From Anaerolineae bacterium (GTDB lineage Bacteria; Chloroflexota; Anaerolineae; DUEN01), in contig DAOUBB010000153.1 of the NCBI GenBank assembly GCA_034432955.1, positions 4,321 to 68,320 on the forward strand: DNA of 64,000 nt. The letters run 5' to 3'. Position numbers and translations under genes: made by a program. This document shows positions 1 through 9,977 of this stretch, piece by piece (position 1 is the first letter of the stretch; the number at the start of each line of letters is the position of its first letter). The notes under the pieces were generated by a model. The model had not been told where the DNA came from and searched no databases. It worked only from the letters and a program-made list of their open reading frames with translations.

Positions 1-659
1 GGTGGATAGGGACGCAGGGCGAACCAGCGTAGGTAGCCCGTGGATGGCACCATGTAGCCTGGGAAGTAGTCGCGCGCGCCGCGGATGCCATAGAGGACCA
101 GATGGTCTTTGCTGCGGTACTTCAACAGCCGTACCTTGTCTGTGTCCCCACGCTTTTCGAAAAACGCGATCGCCTCCGACAGGGTCAGCCGCTCTTTGGT
201 GATGGGCTCATCGGCCTCGACGATTTCCCGCATGCGCGTCTCGATCTGGGCCAGTTCCGCGGGCGTGAAGGGATCACGCCCGCGCACCTGGCAGAAGTAC
301 CCTCCGAAGGTCAGGGAGTGATCCACGTAGATGCGGGCATCTGGGAACAGCTCGGCGGCCGCGGCGATCAGCAACAGGGTGAGCGAGCGGCGATAGACGC
401 GCATGCCGTCGCTGGTATGCATGGTCAGCGGCTTGACCGTGATGTCGGTGGTGACCGGCATGGTGAGCTCACGCAGCTCGCCATCCACCAACGCGGCGAC
501 GACCGGCACCTCCTGGTTGGGATAGGCGGCCTGGATGAAGGCTTCCAATCGAGTGCCAATGGGCCCCTCATATACCTGCCCATCGGGGAAGCGCACCTGC
601 GCCGTTGTGCGTGGCTCGGCGCGCCACACGCTTATCGCTTCAGCTAGTTGGACGGCCAT
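1..659 (-). CDS. Nucleoside/uridine kinase-like protein with N-terminal ThrRS-like (TGS/editing-type) region; 5' part only, runs off the window
   Basis: Not in ORF track. Manual translation from ATG 659: MAVQLAEAISVWRAEPRTTAQVRFPDGQVYEGPIGTRLEAF...VVAALVDGELREL...DGMRVYRRSLTLLL...VDHSLTFGGYFC. AGGAGG RBS upstream. The kinase domain itself lies outside the window. Confidence 0.7.
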   Translation of the reverse strand, partial: MAVQLAEAISVWRAEPRTTAQVRFPDGQVYEGPIGTRLEAFIQAAYPNQEVPVVAALVDGELRELTMPVTTDITVKPLTMHTSDGMRVYRRSLTLLLIAAAAELFPDARIYVDHSLTFGGYFCQVRGRDPFTPAELAQIETRMREIVEADEPITKERLTLSEAIAFFEKRGDTDKVRLLKYRSKDHLVLYGIRGARDYFPGYMVPSTGYLRWFALRPYP

Positions 660-950
660 CGGGAATCCTCCTCGCCTCTTCAGAGGCGGACAGCCCCTTC
701 TGATGAGGCTGTCCAGACCCTCATCACACTCGGTAGGAGAGGTCCGGAGGGGACGAAGTCCCCTCCGGGAAAGCTTTTTCCAGCCTTTTCACCCGCCAGA
801 TGGGGCTTGAGGATACCCCCAGAAGCCCCACCTGAGCAGGTCAAAGGTCTAAAAGGACCCTTTCTGCGGAGGGATTCCCCTCCGCACCACCCCTCAGGGG
901 CACCTGTCGCCCTTGAAGGAGTTGGGGGGATGGGGTTGAAAGCTGACCAC
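660..950. repeat. Intergenic composite palindromic element
   Basis: Perfect 11-bp hairpin CCGGAGGGGAC-GAA-GTCCCCTCCGG (744-768), related 9-bp hairpin TGCGGAGGG-ATTC-CCCTCCGCA (865-886), and TGGGGCTT...AAGCCCCA (801-830). Confidence 0.7.
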
Positions 951-952
951 GG

Positions 953-3900
953 TTACGGTTCGCGCGCCAGCAATCGGAACGTCCGAATCTGGAACGGGCG
1001 CATGTAGAATGTGAAATGGTCTCCCTCGAACGGCTGTGGCCCCTCCGGCTCCTCCACCAGATTGCAGGCGAGGACGTCTCGCAGCTCGCCCGGCGCGGTG
1101 ACGGTCACCTGCCCGCGGCCGCCGTGCGGCTCATACAGTCGAACGATCCAGCCGTCGCCGTCCTCGGCCGGCTTCAACGTTTCCAGCACGGCCGGCCCCT
1201 CGACCTGGAAGAAGCTACGCGCGGGCGGGAATGAGCCATCACCCCCCTTGGCCGGACAGCACACCAGCGGCACGTTTAGCTCCCACGCCCGTCGCACCGT
1301 TTCGCCCTCCCGCCAGCCGCCCGCGTGCGGCCACAGGGCATAGGTGAACTCGTGATGGCCGCGATCGGCGTTCGGGTCGGGCCACTCCGGGCCGCGCAGC
1401 AAGGTAAGCCGCAACACGTTGCCTTTCACATCGTACCCATACTTGCAGTCGTTCAACAGGCTGACGCCGTACCCTGCCTCGGACAGGTCGGCCCAGCGAT
1501 GGGCAGGCACCTCGAACTTCTCCTGATCCCAGGAGGTATTGCGGTGGGTGGGACGTGACACGGCCCCGAACTGGACCTCGAACGTCGCCTGATCGGCCAG
1601 CACTTCCACGGGGAACGCCACTTTGAGCATCACCTGCCGTTCCTGCCAGTCGACGCGGGTGACGAAGTCTATGCGCGGCAGCGCATCGTAGAGGACGATC
1701 TCCTGCTCGATCCGGCTGTCCCGGTGGCGGCGTACGACCCGCACGACGCCCCGCACCGGCCCCGTCTCGACCGCCTCGACGGTGGTCTCCCTTTCGAAGG
1801 GGTACTGGCGGCGTTCGAAGGTGGCGTGCACGTTCCAGGCTGCCTCCCGCTCTGGGCCGTCCTGGAAGAGCTGCAGCCGGTTGGCGGCCTGGCCGGGTGG
1901 GATCACCTCGCGCTGATAGCGCTTGTCCCACAGCCGAACGATCTCGCCGGCTTCGTTGAGCTCGATCACGAAGAAGCGATTTTCCATCCGCCCGGGGGTG
2001 ATGACGAGGCTGCTGTCGAAGGTAACGGTGGCCGGATGCACCGTGAACGTCGCGTAGCCGACGGGCGGCACCTCCAGCGGCGCGAACACGATCTCGGCCA
2101 GGCCGTTGGAGGCAGCGATCACCTGCGCCGGTACGGCGCGGCCGGCGTGGTCTCTCAGCTCGATGGGGCCGGCCGGGGCCGGGATCGTGGCCCGCGCCAC
2201 GTCGCAGCGCGGCCAGGAGAGGCTGTTAAAGACCAGCAGGTCGGCCGGCGGCACGCGATGGGCCAGGGAATCCAACGCCGCGTCGCGCGCGAATCGGGCT
2301 GTGCGCTCGATCCACGCGTGATCCTGCGCCGCTTCGGCGTACACCTGGCCGATGGAGGAGCCGGGCAGGATGTCGTGGAATTGCAGAAGCAGCAATTTCT
2401 CCCAGGCCGGCCGCAGCGCTTCCAGATCCACCATTTCGCCCGACCATTGGGCGCACGCGCCGGCGATCTCCGCTTCCCGCAACAGCAGCTCGTTTTTGCG
2501 GTTGGCGCGCTTGATCGCGGCCTGGGTGGTATACGTGCCGCGGTGTGTCTCCAGGTACAGCTCGCCCCGCCAGACGGGCAGCTCCGGCGCGGCCGCGCTT
2601 ACCCGATCGAAGTACTTCTCTTCCAGCCCCTGGCGGCAGGCGGGGAGGCCCGGATACCGCTCGGCGCGGCTGGCGTACTCCAGCATCTCCTCGGTGGGGC
2701 CGCCGCCGCCATCGCCGTAGCCGAAGGGAAACATCACCTCGTCGTACGCGGCCTTTTCGTGGAAGTTGTCCCACGCCGCGAGCAGCTCCTCTGGCCTGGG
2801 GTGGCCGTTGTAGTAGCCTTTGAGCCGCGGGATGTGCGCCAGCACGCGGGTGCCATCAATTCCTTCCCACCAGAAGAGATGGTAGGGGAACGGGTTGCGC
2901 GCCTGCCAGTGTAGCTTGTTGGTGTAAAAGAAGCGCAGCCCGCAACCTTGGAGGATTTGCGGCAGGCTGCCGGGGTAGCCGAAGACATCGGGCAGCCAGC
3001 ACACCCGTGGGCGTGTGCCGAATTCCTGGCGGAAGAAGCGCAGCCCGTGCAGGATCTGACGGATCAGCGCTTCACCGGAGGAGATGTTGCAGTCCGCTTC
3101 CACCCACATGCCGCCGGTGGTCTCCCATCGCCCGGCGCGGATCCAGCGTTGGATCTCCTCGTAGAGGGTGGGGAAGTGCTCTTTCGTATAGGCATAGAGC
3201 TGCGGCTGGCTGCACGAGAAGTGGTAGTGCGGGTACCGCTCCAGCAGCCGGCAGGCGGTGCTGAAGGTGCGCCCGCATTTACGGATCGTCTCGCGCAGCG
3301 GCCACAGCCAGGCGGTGTCAATGTGAGAATGGCCGGTCAGGAAGAGGCGGCCGCTCTCTGGGTCGGGCGCGATCTGCTCGAGGCGGGCGCGCAGGATGCG
3401 TCGGGCTTCGTTCACCTCTGCCCGAAAGCGTTCCTGGGGCAGGGTGAGGTCCATCGCCAAGAGGGCCTCTTCCAGCGCGTTCAGGATGCGCTGACGGCGG
3501 CGTTCGTCCCGGATGGCCTCGCCGGCCTCCCACGCGAAGCGCAGGTCGTACCAGGCGGCTTCGACCTCGCGGTCCACCTCTTCGAAGCGCACCTGGCGGA
3601 GGCGGGCGCGCTCGCCCACGAGCTCTGGCTGGCACAGCACGCGCGGGATGGCGATGAACTCGGCCTCCAGGCTCAGCTCGCCCGCGTGGGGGACGTGCAC
3701 GCGCGGGTGATGGACATCAATGCCGGCGTACGGGCGGCCGCCGATGCTGAGCATCCCCTCCAGCCCTTCGCCGTCGAAGGTGAGGTACAGCAAATCGAGG
3801 GGGACGCCGGCTGGCGTCTGGGCCTGGGCGCGCAGGAAGATGGTCTTCCCGGCCGGCCACCAGCTCTCGCCTTCGATGGGGGCCCAGTTGCCCTCATAGC

Positions 3901-4021
3901 GGTATTCGCCCGGCGCCAGGTGTTCGGCGACGCGCGCCTGCCATGGCGCGATGGGCCAGGCGCGCACAATGGCGCGGCGATGGAGGATGTCCAGTTTCAT
4001 GCGGATGATGCGTGGATCCAT
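953..4021 (-). CDS. Alpha-mannosidase, glycoside hydrolase family 38
   Basis: GH38 motifs GHSHIDTAWLWP, WLPDVFGY, GYGDGGGGP, LYLETHRGTYT, QFHDILPGSSI; 1022 aa. Confidence 0.95.
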   Translation of the reverse strand: MDPRIIRMKLDILHRRAIVRAWPIAPWQARVAEHLAPGEYRYEGNWAPIEGESWWPAGKTIFLRAQAQTPAGVPLDLLYLTFDGEGLEGMLSIGGRPYAGIDVHHPRVHVPHAGELSLEAEFIAIPRVLCQPELVGERARLRQVRFEEVDREVEAAWYDLRFAWEAGEAIRDERRRQRILNALEEALLAMDLTLPQERFRAEVNEARRILRARLEQIAPDPESGRLFLTGHSHIDTAWLWPLRETIRKCGRTFSTACRLLERYPHYHFSCSQPQLYAYTKEHFPTLYEEIQRWIRAGRWETTGGMWVEADCNISSGEALIRQILHGLRFFRQEFGTRPRVCWLPDVFGYPGSLPQILQGCGLRFFYTNKLHWQARNPFPYHLFWWEGIDGTRVLAHIPRLKGYYNGHPRPEELLAAWDNFHEKAAYDEVMFPFGYGDGGGGPTEEMLEYASRAERYPGLPACRQGLEEKYFDRVSAAAPELPVWRGELYLETHRGTYTTQAAIKRANRKNELLLREAEIAGACAQWSGEMVDLEALRPAWEKLLLLQFHDILPGSSIGQVYAEAAQDHAWIERTARFARDAALDSLAHRVPPADLLVFNSLSWPRCDVARATIPAPAGPIELRDHAGRAVPAQVIAASNGLAEIVFAPLEVPPVGYATFTVHPATVTFDSSLVITPGRMENRFFVIELNEAGEIVRLWDKRYQREVIPPGQAANRLQLFQDGPEREAAWNVHATFERRQYPFERETTVEAVETGPVRGVVRVVRRHRDSRIEQEIVLYDALPRIDFVTRVDWQERQVMLKVAFPVEVLADQATFEVQFGAVSRPTHRNTSWDQEKFEVPAHRWADLSEAGYGVSLLNDCKYGYDVKGNVLRLTLLRGPEWPDPNADRGHHEFTYALWPHAGGWREGETVRRAWELNVPLVCCPAKGGDGSFPPARSFFQVEGPAVLETLKPAEDGDGWIVRLYEPHGGRGQVTVTAPGELRDVLACNLVEEPEGPQPFEGDHFTFYMRPFQIRTFRLLAREP

Positions 4022-4072
4022 ATGGCACCTCGCTCGTTATGATAGCACGCCGATAGGGCGCTGTCGAGAGTA

Positions 4073-5890
4073 CTAATTCAACACCGGCTCAGCCTCTGGC
4101 TCCAGTAGCGGCCGGCTCGCGAACTGGGTCATGTACAGCCGGTAGTACAGCCCTCGCTTCGCCAGTAGCTCGTCGTGCGTTCCCTCCTCCACGATTCGCC
4201 CGTGTTCCAACACGATGATGCGATCAGCGTTGCGGATGGTGGACAGGCGGTGCGCGATGATAAACGCCGTCCGCCCCTCCAGCAGGCGCTCCATCGCCCG
4301 CTGGATGAGGCGCTCCGTCTGCGTGTCCACGCTGGACGTCGCCTCATCCAGGATGAGGATGCGCGGATCGGCCAGCAGGGCGCGGGCGAACGCCACCAGT
4401 TGCCGTTGGCCGACCGATAGCCGCCCCCCGCGTTCCTGCACCTCATAGTCGTACTTCTCTGGCAACGACTGCACAAAGTCGTCCAAACCTACAGCCTGGG
4501 CGGCCCATCGCACTTCCTCGTCGCTGGCGTCCAGCCGGCTGTAGCGGATGTTGTCGCCGATCGTCCCGGAGAAAGTGAACGACTCCTGCAGGACGATGGC
4601 CATCTGCGACCGCAGCGTCGCCAGCTTCACCTCGCGCAGATCGTGCCCGTCAATCAGCACCCGGCCCTGCGTGGGGTCGTAGAAGCGCATGATCAGGTTG
4701 ATCAGCGTGCTCTTGCCGGAGCCTGTGGGGCCGACGATCGCGATCGTCTCCCCCGGCCGCACGTGCAGGTTGATATCGTGCAACACCTCCGGCTCGTCCG
4801 GCTCGTAGCGGAACGACACGTGCTCCAGCCTCACCTCGCCCCGGATGCGCGGCATGGCGATCGCGTCCGGCTTGTCGGCCACCTCCGGCTCAGTGTCCAG
4901 GAACTCGAAGATGCGCTTGGCCGAGGCCATGGCGCTGAGCAGCATGCTGTAGGTGCGGCTGATGGCGCTCACCGGTCCCCAGAAGCGCCACAGGTAGTTG
5001 ACGAAGGCCATGATGAAGCCAATGGTCACCTCGCCTCGGATCACCAGCAGCGCTCCGTACCACACGACCAGGGCGCTCCCCACGACGCCGATGAAGTCCA
5101 CGGCCGGCCAGATGGTCATCTCCCGCTTGACCGCTTCCATCACCCGGTCCAGCGCGTTGTTGTTCAGGCGATCGAATGTGCGCACGTTGAGCTCCTGCCG
5201 GTTGAACGCCTGGGTCACCAAGATGCCGTTGATGGACTCGTTCAGGTTGGCGTTGATGTTAGAGAGGCTGCGGCGCACGTTCATCCAGGCCGTTTCCATG
5301 GCCGGCCGCACCCGGATCACCAACAGGACCAGAAACGGGAAGACCGTGAACGTCATCAGCGCCAATCGCCAATGGATGGTGAACAGGATGATGACGATCC
5401 CCACCAGGGCGATGCCCTCGCTGGCGGCCATGACCAACCCCCCGCTGATCAGGCTGTTGATGGTGTCCACGTCGCTGGTGATGCGCGACATGATCCGCCC
5501 CACGGGATGATGATCGTAGAAGCGGAGGGACAGCTTCTGGATGTGGGTGAACAGGGTTTGTCGCAGGTCGTAGAGGACCCCCTGGCCGATAGCGTTGGTC
5601 AGGAAGATGCGCAGGTAGCTGCAGGCCCACACGACCAGGCGCATCGCCAGCATGCCGAGCACCGCCGTGTCCAACGCCCGCAGATCGTGCCCGATGACGC
5701 CTTGATCCACAGCCACGCGCAGCAGATACGGCTCGCTGAGGCCGGCCAGCGCGCTCACGGTGACCACGATCAGCACGCCCCAGGCGTGCCGCCGATAGGG
5801 GCGCAGGTAGCCCATGATCCGCCAGAAGTGGCTGAAGTGGAAGGGAGCTTTCTGCTCTTCCTCCATCTCCTCTTCAAACTCGAACGGCAT
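4073..5890 (-). CDS. ABC exporter, fused permease/ATPase (heterodimer subunit B)
   Basis: N-terminal TM domain; Walker A GPTGSGKS, signature LSVGQRQ, Walker B ILILDEATS. Confidence 0.95.
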   Translation of the reverse strand: MPFEFEEEMEEEQKAPFHFSHFWRIMGYLRPYRRHAWGVLIVVTVSALAGLSEPYLLRVAVDQGVIGHDLRALDTAVLGMLAMRLVVWACSYLRIFLTNAIGQGVLYDLRQTLFTHIQKLSLRFYDHHPVGRIMSRITSDVDTINSLISGGLVMAASEGIALVGIVIILFTIHWRLALMTFTVFPFLVLLVIRVRPAMETAWMNVRRSLSNINANLNESINGILVTQAFNRQELNVRTFDRLNNNALDRVMEAVKREMTIWPAVDFIGVVGSALVVWYGALLVIRGEVTIGFIMAFVNYLWRFWGPVSAISRTYSMLLSAMASAKRIFEFLDTEPEVADKPDAIAMPRIRGEVRLEHVSFRYEPDEPEVLHDINLHVRPGETIAIVGPTGSGKSTLINLIMRFYDPTQGRVLIDGHDLREVKLATLRSQMAIVLQESFTFSGTIGDNIRYSRLDASDEEVRWAAQAVGLDDFVQSLPEKYDYEVQERGGRLSVGQRQLVAFARALLADPRILILDEATSSVDTQTERLIQRAMERLLEGRTAFIIAHRLSTIRNADRIIVLEHGRIVEEGTHDELLAKRGLYYRLYMTQFASRPLLEPEAEPVLN

Positions 5891-5899
5891 GGTCGCTCC

Positions 5900-7684
5900 T
5901 CATTCCGTGTGAACTATCTCCCCGACGTGCCGGGTGCTGGATGCGGTCAGCTCTTCCTGCTCGCGGAACTGCAGGTGATAGATGCGAGTATACTCGCCGC
6001 CGCGAGCCAGCAGCTCAGCGTGTGTGCCCTCCTCGACGACGCGGCCGTCCTTCAGTACGACGACCTTGTCGGCTGTCTTTACCGTGGATAGGCGCTGGGC
6101 GATCACCACGGCTGTGCGGGTGGCCATCACCTGTTCCAGGGCCTGCTGGATCTCGTACTCCGTCTCCGTATCCACGCTGGACGTGGCCTCGTCCAGGATG
6201 AGGATGCGCGGGTTCATCAGCAACGCCCGCGCCAGCGCGATGCGCTGTTTTTGCCCGCCCGAGAGGCCGATGCCACGCTCGCCGACGCGGGTGTCATACC
6301 CTTTGGGCAGTGCCATGATGAAGTCATGGGCCTGGGCCAGCCTGGCGACCTCCTCGATCTCCTCCTGGGTGGCGTCGGGCCGGCCGAAGGCGATGTTCTC
6401 GCGCACCGTAGCCGAGAACAGGAACGTCTCCTGTGGCACGATCCCGATCTGCCGGCGCAGGCTCTTCAGTTGCACCTGGCGCACATCGTAGCCGTCTATC
6501 CTCACCGCGCCGCGCACCACGTCGTTGAAGCGCGGGATCAGGTTGATCACGGATGACTTGCCGGAGCCCGTGCCGCCCAGGATGGCGACGGTCTGGCCTG
6601 GCTCGATAACCAGGTTCAGCCCCTTGAGCACCATGCGATCGGGCTCGTCGGGGAAGGCGAACCATACGTCCTCGAAGCGGATCTCGCCGCGCACAGCGGG
6701 TAGCTCCACCGCGTCGGGCGCGTCCGTGATGGTGATGGGCGCGTCCAGGATCTCCAACAGGCGCGGCGTGGCGGCCAACGCCTGGCGCATAATGCTGAGC
6801 AACCAGCCCATCATGCGCACGGGCCAGATCACGCCCCACAGATACCACTGGTAAGCGAAGAACGTGCCTATGCTCACCTCGCCTTGCATCACCAGCCGGC
6901 CGCCGTACCAGGCCAATAGCACGAAGCAGAGGCCCATGAACAGGTCCATCGTCGGGAACGAGCGTGCCTCGACGCCGGCGCGGTACAGGCTCTTGGCGCG
7001 GTACCCCTCGTTTTGTATGCCAAAGCGCTTCGTCTCGTGTCCCTCGCGGGCGAACGCCTTGACCACGCGCACCCCGCTTACCGCCTCCTGCAACACGGTA
7101 GTCAGCCGCCCCATCTGCTCGCGGACCCCCTCCCAGGCGGGGCCGATGCGCCGGTCGAAGAGCACCACGGCCACGGCCAACGGGATGGTGGGGATGAGCA
7201 CGCTCAAGGACAGCTTCCAGTTGATGAGGACCAGGATGACGAGGGTGCCGATGAACGAGACGAGCCCGGCTCCCAGGAAGAGCAGTCCCCAGGCCACGAA
7301 CTCTTGCACGGCCTCCACGTCGCTGGTCAGGCGGGACATGATCTGGCCTGTCGGCATCGAGCGGTAGAAGCGGATGGGCAGGTCTTGCAGCCGGGCGTAC
7401 AGCAGATGGCGCAGATCGCGCACGACGCTCTGGCCGGCCAGATTCTGCGCGTAGCCCTGGTAGTACGCTGCCAGCGAACGAATCCCGGCCAGGACGATCA
7501 GGAGCAGAGAATAGAAGAGGACCAGGTCCATGCGTCGGCTGCTCAGCCCGCGATCCACCGTCCAGCCCAGGGCCGCTGGTGTGGCGAGGTCGCCGGCCAG
7601 GGTCACGAGGGTGAGAAAGCCGGCGATGGCCAGTTGCCTGCGATAAGGTTTGAGAAACCGGATCAGGCGTAGGAAGTTCTGCAT
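5900..7684 (-). CDS. ABC exporter, fused permease/ATPase (heterodimer subunit A)
   Basis: Walker A GGTGSGKS, LSGGQKQ, ILILDEATS; H-loop His replaced (IAQRL), typical of the degenerate site of heterodimeric exporters. Start moved to ATG 7684 (MQNFLRL) behind GAGGAAAG. Confidence 0.93.
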   Translation of the reverse strand: MQNFLRLIRFLKPYRRQLAIAGFLTLVTLAGDLATPAALGWTVDRGLSSRRMDLVLFYSLLLIVLAGIRSLAAYYQGYAQNLAGQSVVRDLRHLLYARLQDLPIRFYRSMPTGQIMSRLTSDVEAVQEFVAWGLLFLGAGLVSFIGTLVILVLINWKLSLSVLIPTIPLAVAVVLFDRRIGPAWEGVREQMGRLTTVLQEAVSGVRVVKAFAREGHETKRFGIQNEGYRAKSLYRAGVEARSFPTMDLFMGLCFVLLAWYGGRLVMQGEVSIGTFFAYQWYLWGVIWPVRMMGWLLSIMRQALAATPRLLEILDAPITITDAPDAVELPAVRGEIRFEDVWFAFPDEPDRMVLKGLNLVIEPGQTVAILGGTGSGKSSVINLIPRFNDVVRGAVRIDGYDVRQVQLKSLRRQIGIVPQETFLFSATVRENIAFGRPDATQEEIEEVARLAQAHDFIMALPKGYDTRVGERGIGLSGGQKQRIALARALLMNPRILILDEATSSVDTETEYEIQQALEQVMATRTAVVIAQRLSTVKTADKVVVLKDGRVVEEGTHAELLARGGEYTRIYHLQFREQEELTASSTRHVGEIVHTE

Positions 7685-7828
7685 GTCTTTCCTCACAACC
7701 GTACGGAGGCGTCCCGATGGGGTGTACACGCTCCATCGGGATGCCTGCACTCGGCGCGAAGGGGGCGGGTTCAGGCTTTTCCGACGCCCTCTTACGATCG
7801 GGGGAAACGGTGTTCGCTCGCAGGGCAT

Positions 7829-7860
7829 AAAAAAGCCCCGTCTCAGCGAGTGAGCGGGGC
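7829..7860 (-). terminator. Intrinsic terminator (attenuator) in the leader of the ABC exporter operon
   Basis: Minus strand GCCCCGCTCA-CTCGC-TGAGACGGGGC followed by TTTTTT, about 145 nt before the ATG. Confidence 0.85.
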
Positions 7861-7894
7861 CGAATGGGATGCCAGAGGAGGAGGGCCAGGGCCC

Positions 7895-8014
7895 TTACGT
7901 CGTGTCACCTCCAGGATGGATCGCCCATGCGGCCTCCGCAACGCACCCGCGGCGCGCGAAGACGCCAGCGATGACTGGTGCGCGCATACGGATGAGCGCA
8001 TTGGGGATTGGCAT
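7895..8014 (-). CDS. Putative 39-aa leader peptide MPIPNALIRMRAPVIAGVFARRGCVAEAAWAIHPGGDTT
   Basis: AGGAGGT RBS at 8019-8025, ATG 8014, TAA 7895-7897; lies between a promoter and the terminator; below the ORF-track cutoff. Confidence 0.7.
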   Translation of the reverse strand: MPIPNALIRMRAPVIAGVFARRGCVAEAAWAIHPGGDTT

Positions 8015-8068
8015 AGCAACCTCCTTTTCGAGATGAGGGGACACAATCTTGAGTCTCATGCAAAGAAC

Positions 8069-8097
8069 ATTGTATCAGACCTGGCAGGATTCGTCAA
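8069..8097 (-). promoter_or_regulatory. Sigma70-type promoter for leader/ABC exporter
   Basis: TTGACG-N17-TACAAT on the minus strand. Confidence 0.75.
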
Positions 8098-8129
8098 ATC
8101 TGTGGATTGTTAGCGGAGAGCCACATAAT

Positions 8130-8158
8130 TTGGCATTCACTGCGTCCACTGGTATAAT
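8130..8158 (+). promoter_or_regulatory. Sigma70-type promoter, divergent
   Basis: TTGGCA-N17-TATAAT. Confidence 0.75.
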
Positions 8159-8373
8159 TCTTTTTTGGGGGTTATTTCCCGAGGAGGTGCCACCGCAGGG
8201 GAATCGTGGTCGCGGTTTGCCTCCCTGGCCCCTTCCTCAGATTGGGGGGAAGGGCAAAATGGGATGACTCCACGATTCGATGCGGGGCTATCCTTGGAGA
8301 GCGTTGCCGTTTTATTAGCCAGCGAAGGCTTTCGCGATCTTCGTTGTGTTCCGTGTGATGGAGGTTCCCGAGA

Positions 8374-9963
8374 GTGCTTCAGCGCAGGACGCAGACGTCA
8401 GAATACTGGAAACAGGAGTTCGAGGTCCATCGCGAGGATCTTGAGCATTTGTATAGCCTGATCCTGGAACGCAATCGTCCTGTTTCCACCGATGAGCTTG
8501 TATTGGAGACCATTCGTTACCGTTGTCAGCAGGAAGAGCAACGCATGCAGGCCGAGCTCTCGCGAGGGATCGTGTACCAGCCGCGCGAGAGTTATGCCAT
8601 TGGCGATCAATTGGTCTTTCCGGCGTTCGACTATCGCCTGGGCACGGTGGTTTCGATCCGACCGGGGCGAAATCCCGAACACGGGGAATTTGATGTGATC
8701 ACCGTGGAATTCGAGAACGATGGCAGCCGCGGGGAGTTCGCCGCCAACCTGAAAACACCGCACAAGCTCAACCGGGCTCATGATGGGGATAGCCTCTGGG
8801 AAGTGGCCAACCTCACCCCACCGGAGGAGCTGTACAAGTCTTACGGCGAGCGGGTGCGCACGCTGTTGGTGGAGGCGTTGACGCGCTCCGATCTCGATTT
8901 CGTCTCCTTTGATAACCAGTGGCTGCTTCAAGGTTTGATGGCGGAGGTTCATGTCGGCCATCTCAACCTGGCGGAGGCTTTGATCGAGGTGAAGGGGCAA
9001 CCGCTCGGCGTGCAGGAGATCCTGGCGGAGTTGGATTTGCCGCCCGAGGTGCCTGAGCCGATCCGCACATTCTCTCTGAATGTCGCCTTACAGCGCGACG
9101 AGCGTTTTGACCTGATTCACAGCTACGATGGAGATCGGTGGATTCTGCGACGGCTGGAGCCGGAGGCGGCGCTCAGCATACCTGTTTCCCTCGTCTACCG
9201 GCCCGTCCGCTACAATCGAGCCTTCCTGACCGTGGAAATGCTCCAGGTCGAGTGGGAACTGGACGACGAGTGGACAGAAGGCGGCATCAGTACGGAGTCC
9301 GCTTTCCTGGTACCCAGCACGACCCTCGTGTTGACGTATCCGCACTGGAAGGCGGGGACGTTGCCGTTAAGCTCGCGCAGCCGGCCTTTCTTCCCGGCGG
9401 GTGAGCGCGGGCGCGGCCTGATCACGTTGATTGATGGCCGCTGGGGACAGCGTTTTCCCGGGTGGGTGGTGTATGAGGGAAGGTATGTCTGCGGGCTGGC
9501 TCCCTGGATCGAGCAACACAAATTACCGGTGGGCGCGTACATCACGCTGGAGCGCACGGCGAATCCCGGCGAGGTGACCATTGATTTCCGCCCGCGTCGC
9601 ATGCGCCGTGACTGGGTGCGGATGGCGGGGGTGGAAGATGGCAGGCTGGTCTTTCGCATGCAAAAGCAGCCCGTCTCCTGCGAGTACGACGAGCATGTCA
9701 TCTTAGGGGAGGAAAACCTGGAAGAGCTGGATGCGCTGCGCGCGCAGTTGGCCGAGCGGAACGCCCCCATCTCCGAGCTGCTGGCGATGGTGTTCCCGGA
9801 GCTGGCCAAGCTGAACCCTCAAGGCACTGTGCATATCAAGACATTGTACTCGGCGGTCAACGTATTGCGGCGCTGTCCACCGGGGCCGATCTTCGCGGCG
9901 CTGGCATCGGACCAGTCCTATCGCGAGGTAGGTAACGGCTATTACGCTCTAAATATCCAATAG
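8374..9963 (+). CDS. Hypothetical protein (529 aa), possibly nucleic-acid binding
   Basis: GGAGGT RBS, GTG start, long ORF with protein-like composition; no catalytic motif recognised. Confidence 0.85.
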   Translation: MLQRRTQTSEYWKQEFEVHREDLEHLYSLILERNRPVSTDELVLETIRYRCQQEEQRMQAELSRGIVYQPRESYAIGDQLVFPAFDYRLGTVVSIRPGRNPEHGEFDVITVEFENDGSRGEFAANLKTPHKLNRAHDGDSLWEVANLTPPEELYKSYGERVRTLLVEALTRSDLDFVSFDNQWLLQGLMAEVHVGHLNLAEALIEVKGQPLGVQEILAELDLPPEVPEPIRTFSLNVALQRDERFDLIHSYDGDRWILRRLEPEAALSIPVSLVYRPVRYNRAFLTVEMLQVEWELDDEWTEGGISTESAFLVPSTTLVLTYPHWKAGTLPLSSRSRPFFPAGERGRGLITLIDGRWGQRFPGWVVYEGRYVCGLAPWIEQHKLPVGAYITLERTANPGEVTIDFRPRRMRRDWVRMAGVEDGRLVFRMQKQPVSCEYDEHVILGEENLEELDALRAQLAERNAPISELLAMVFPELAKLNPQGTVHIKTLYSAVNVLRRCPPGPIFAALASDQSYREVGNGYYALNIQ

Positions 9964-9977
9964 GTGAGAGGAACGGC

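Noticed and set aside
7895-8014. Leader ORF as a RiPP/bacteriocin precursor exported by the ABC pair
   Set aside because: No peptidase domain on the transporters and no modification enzymes; the terminator/antiterminator layout fits attenuation better.
8101-8130. DnaA boxes / replication origin
   Set aside because: Only isolated mismatched boxes; no cluster and no dnaA context.
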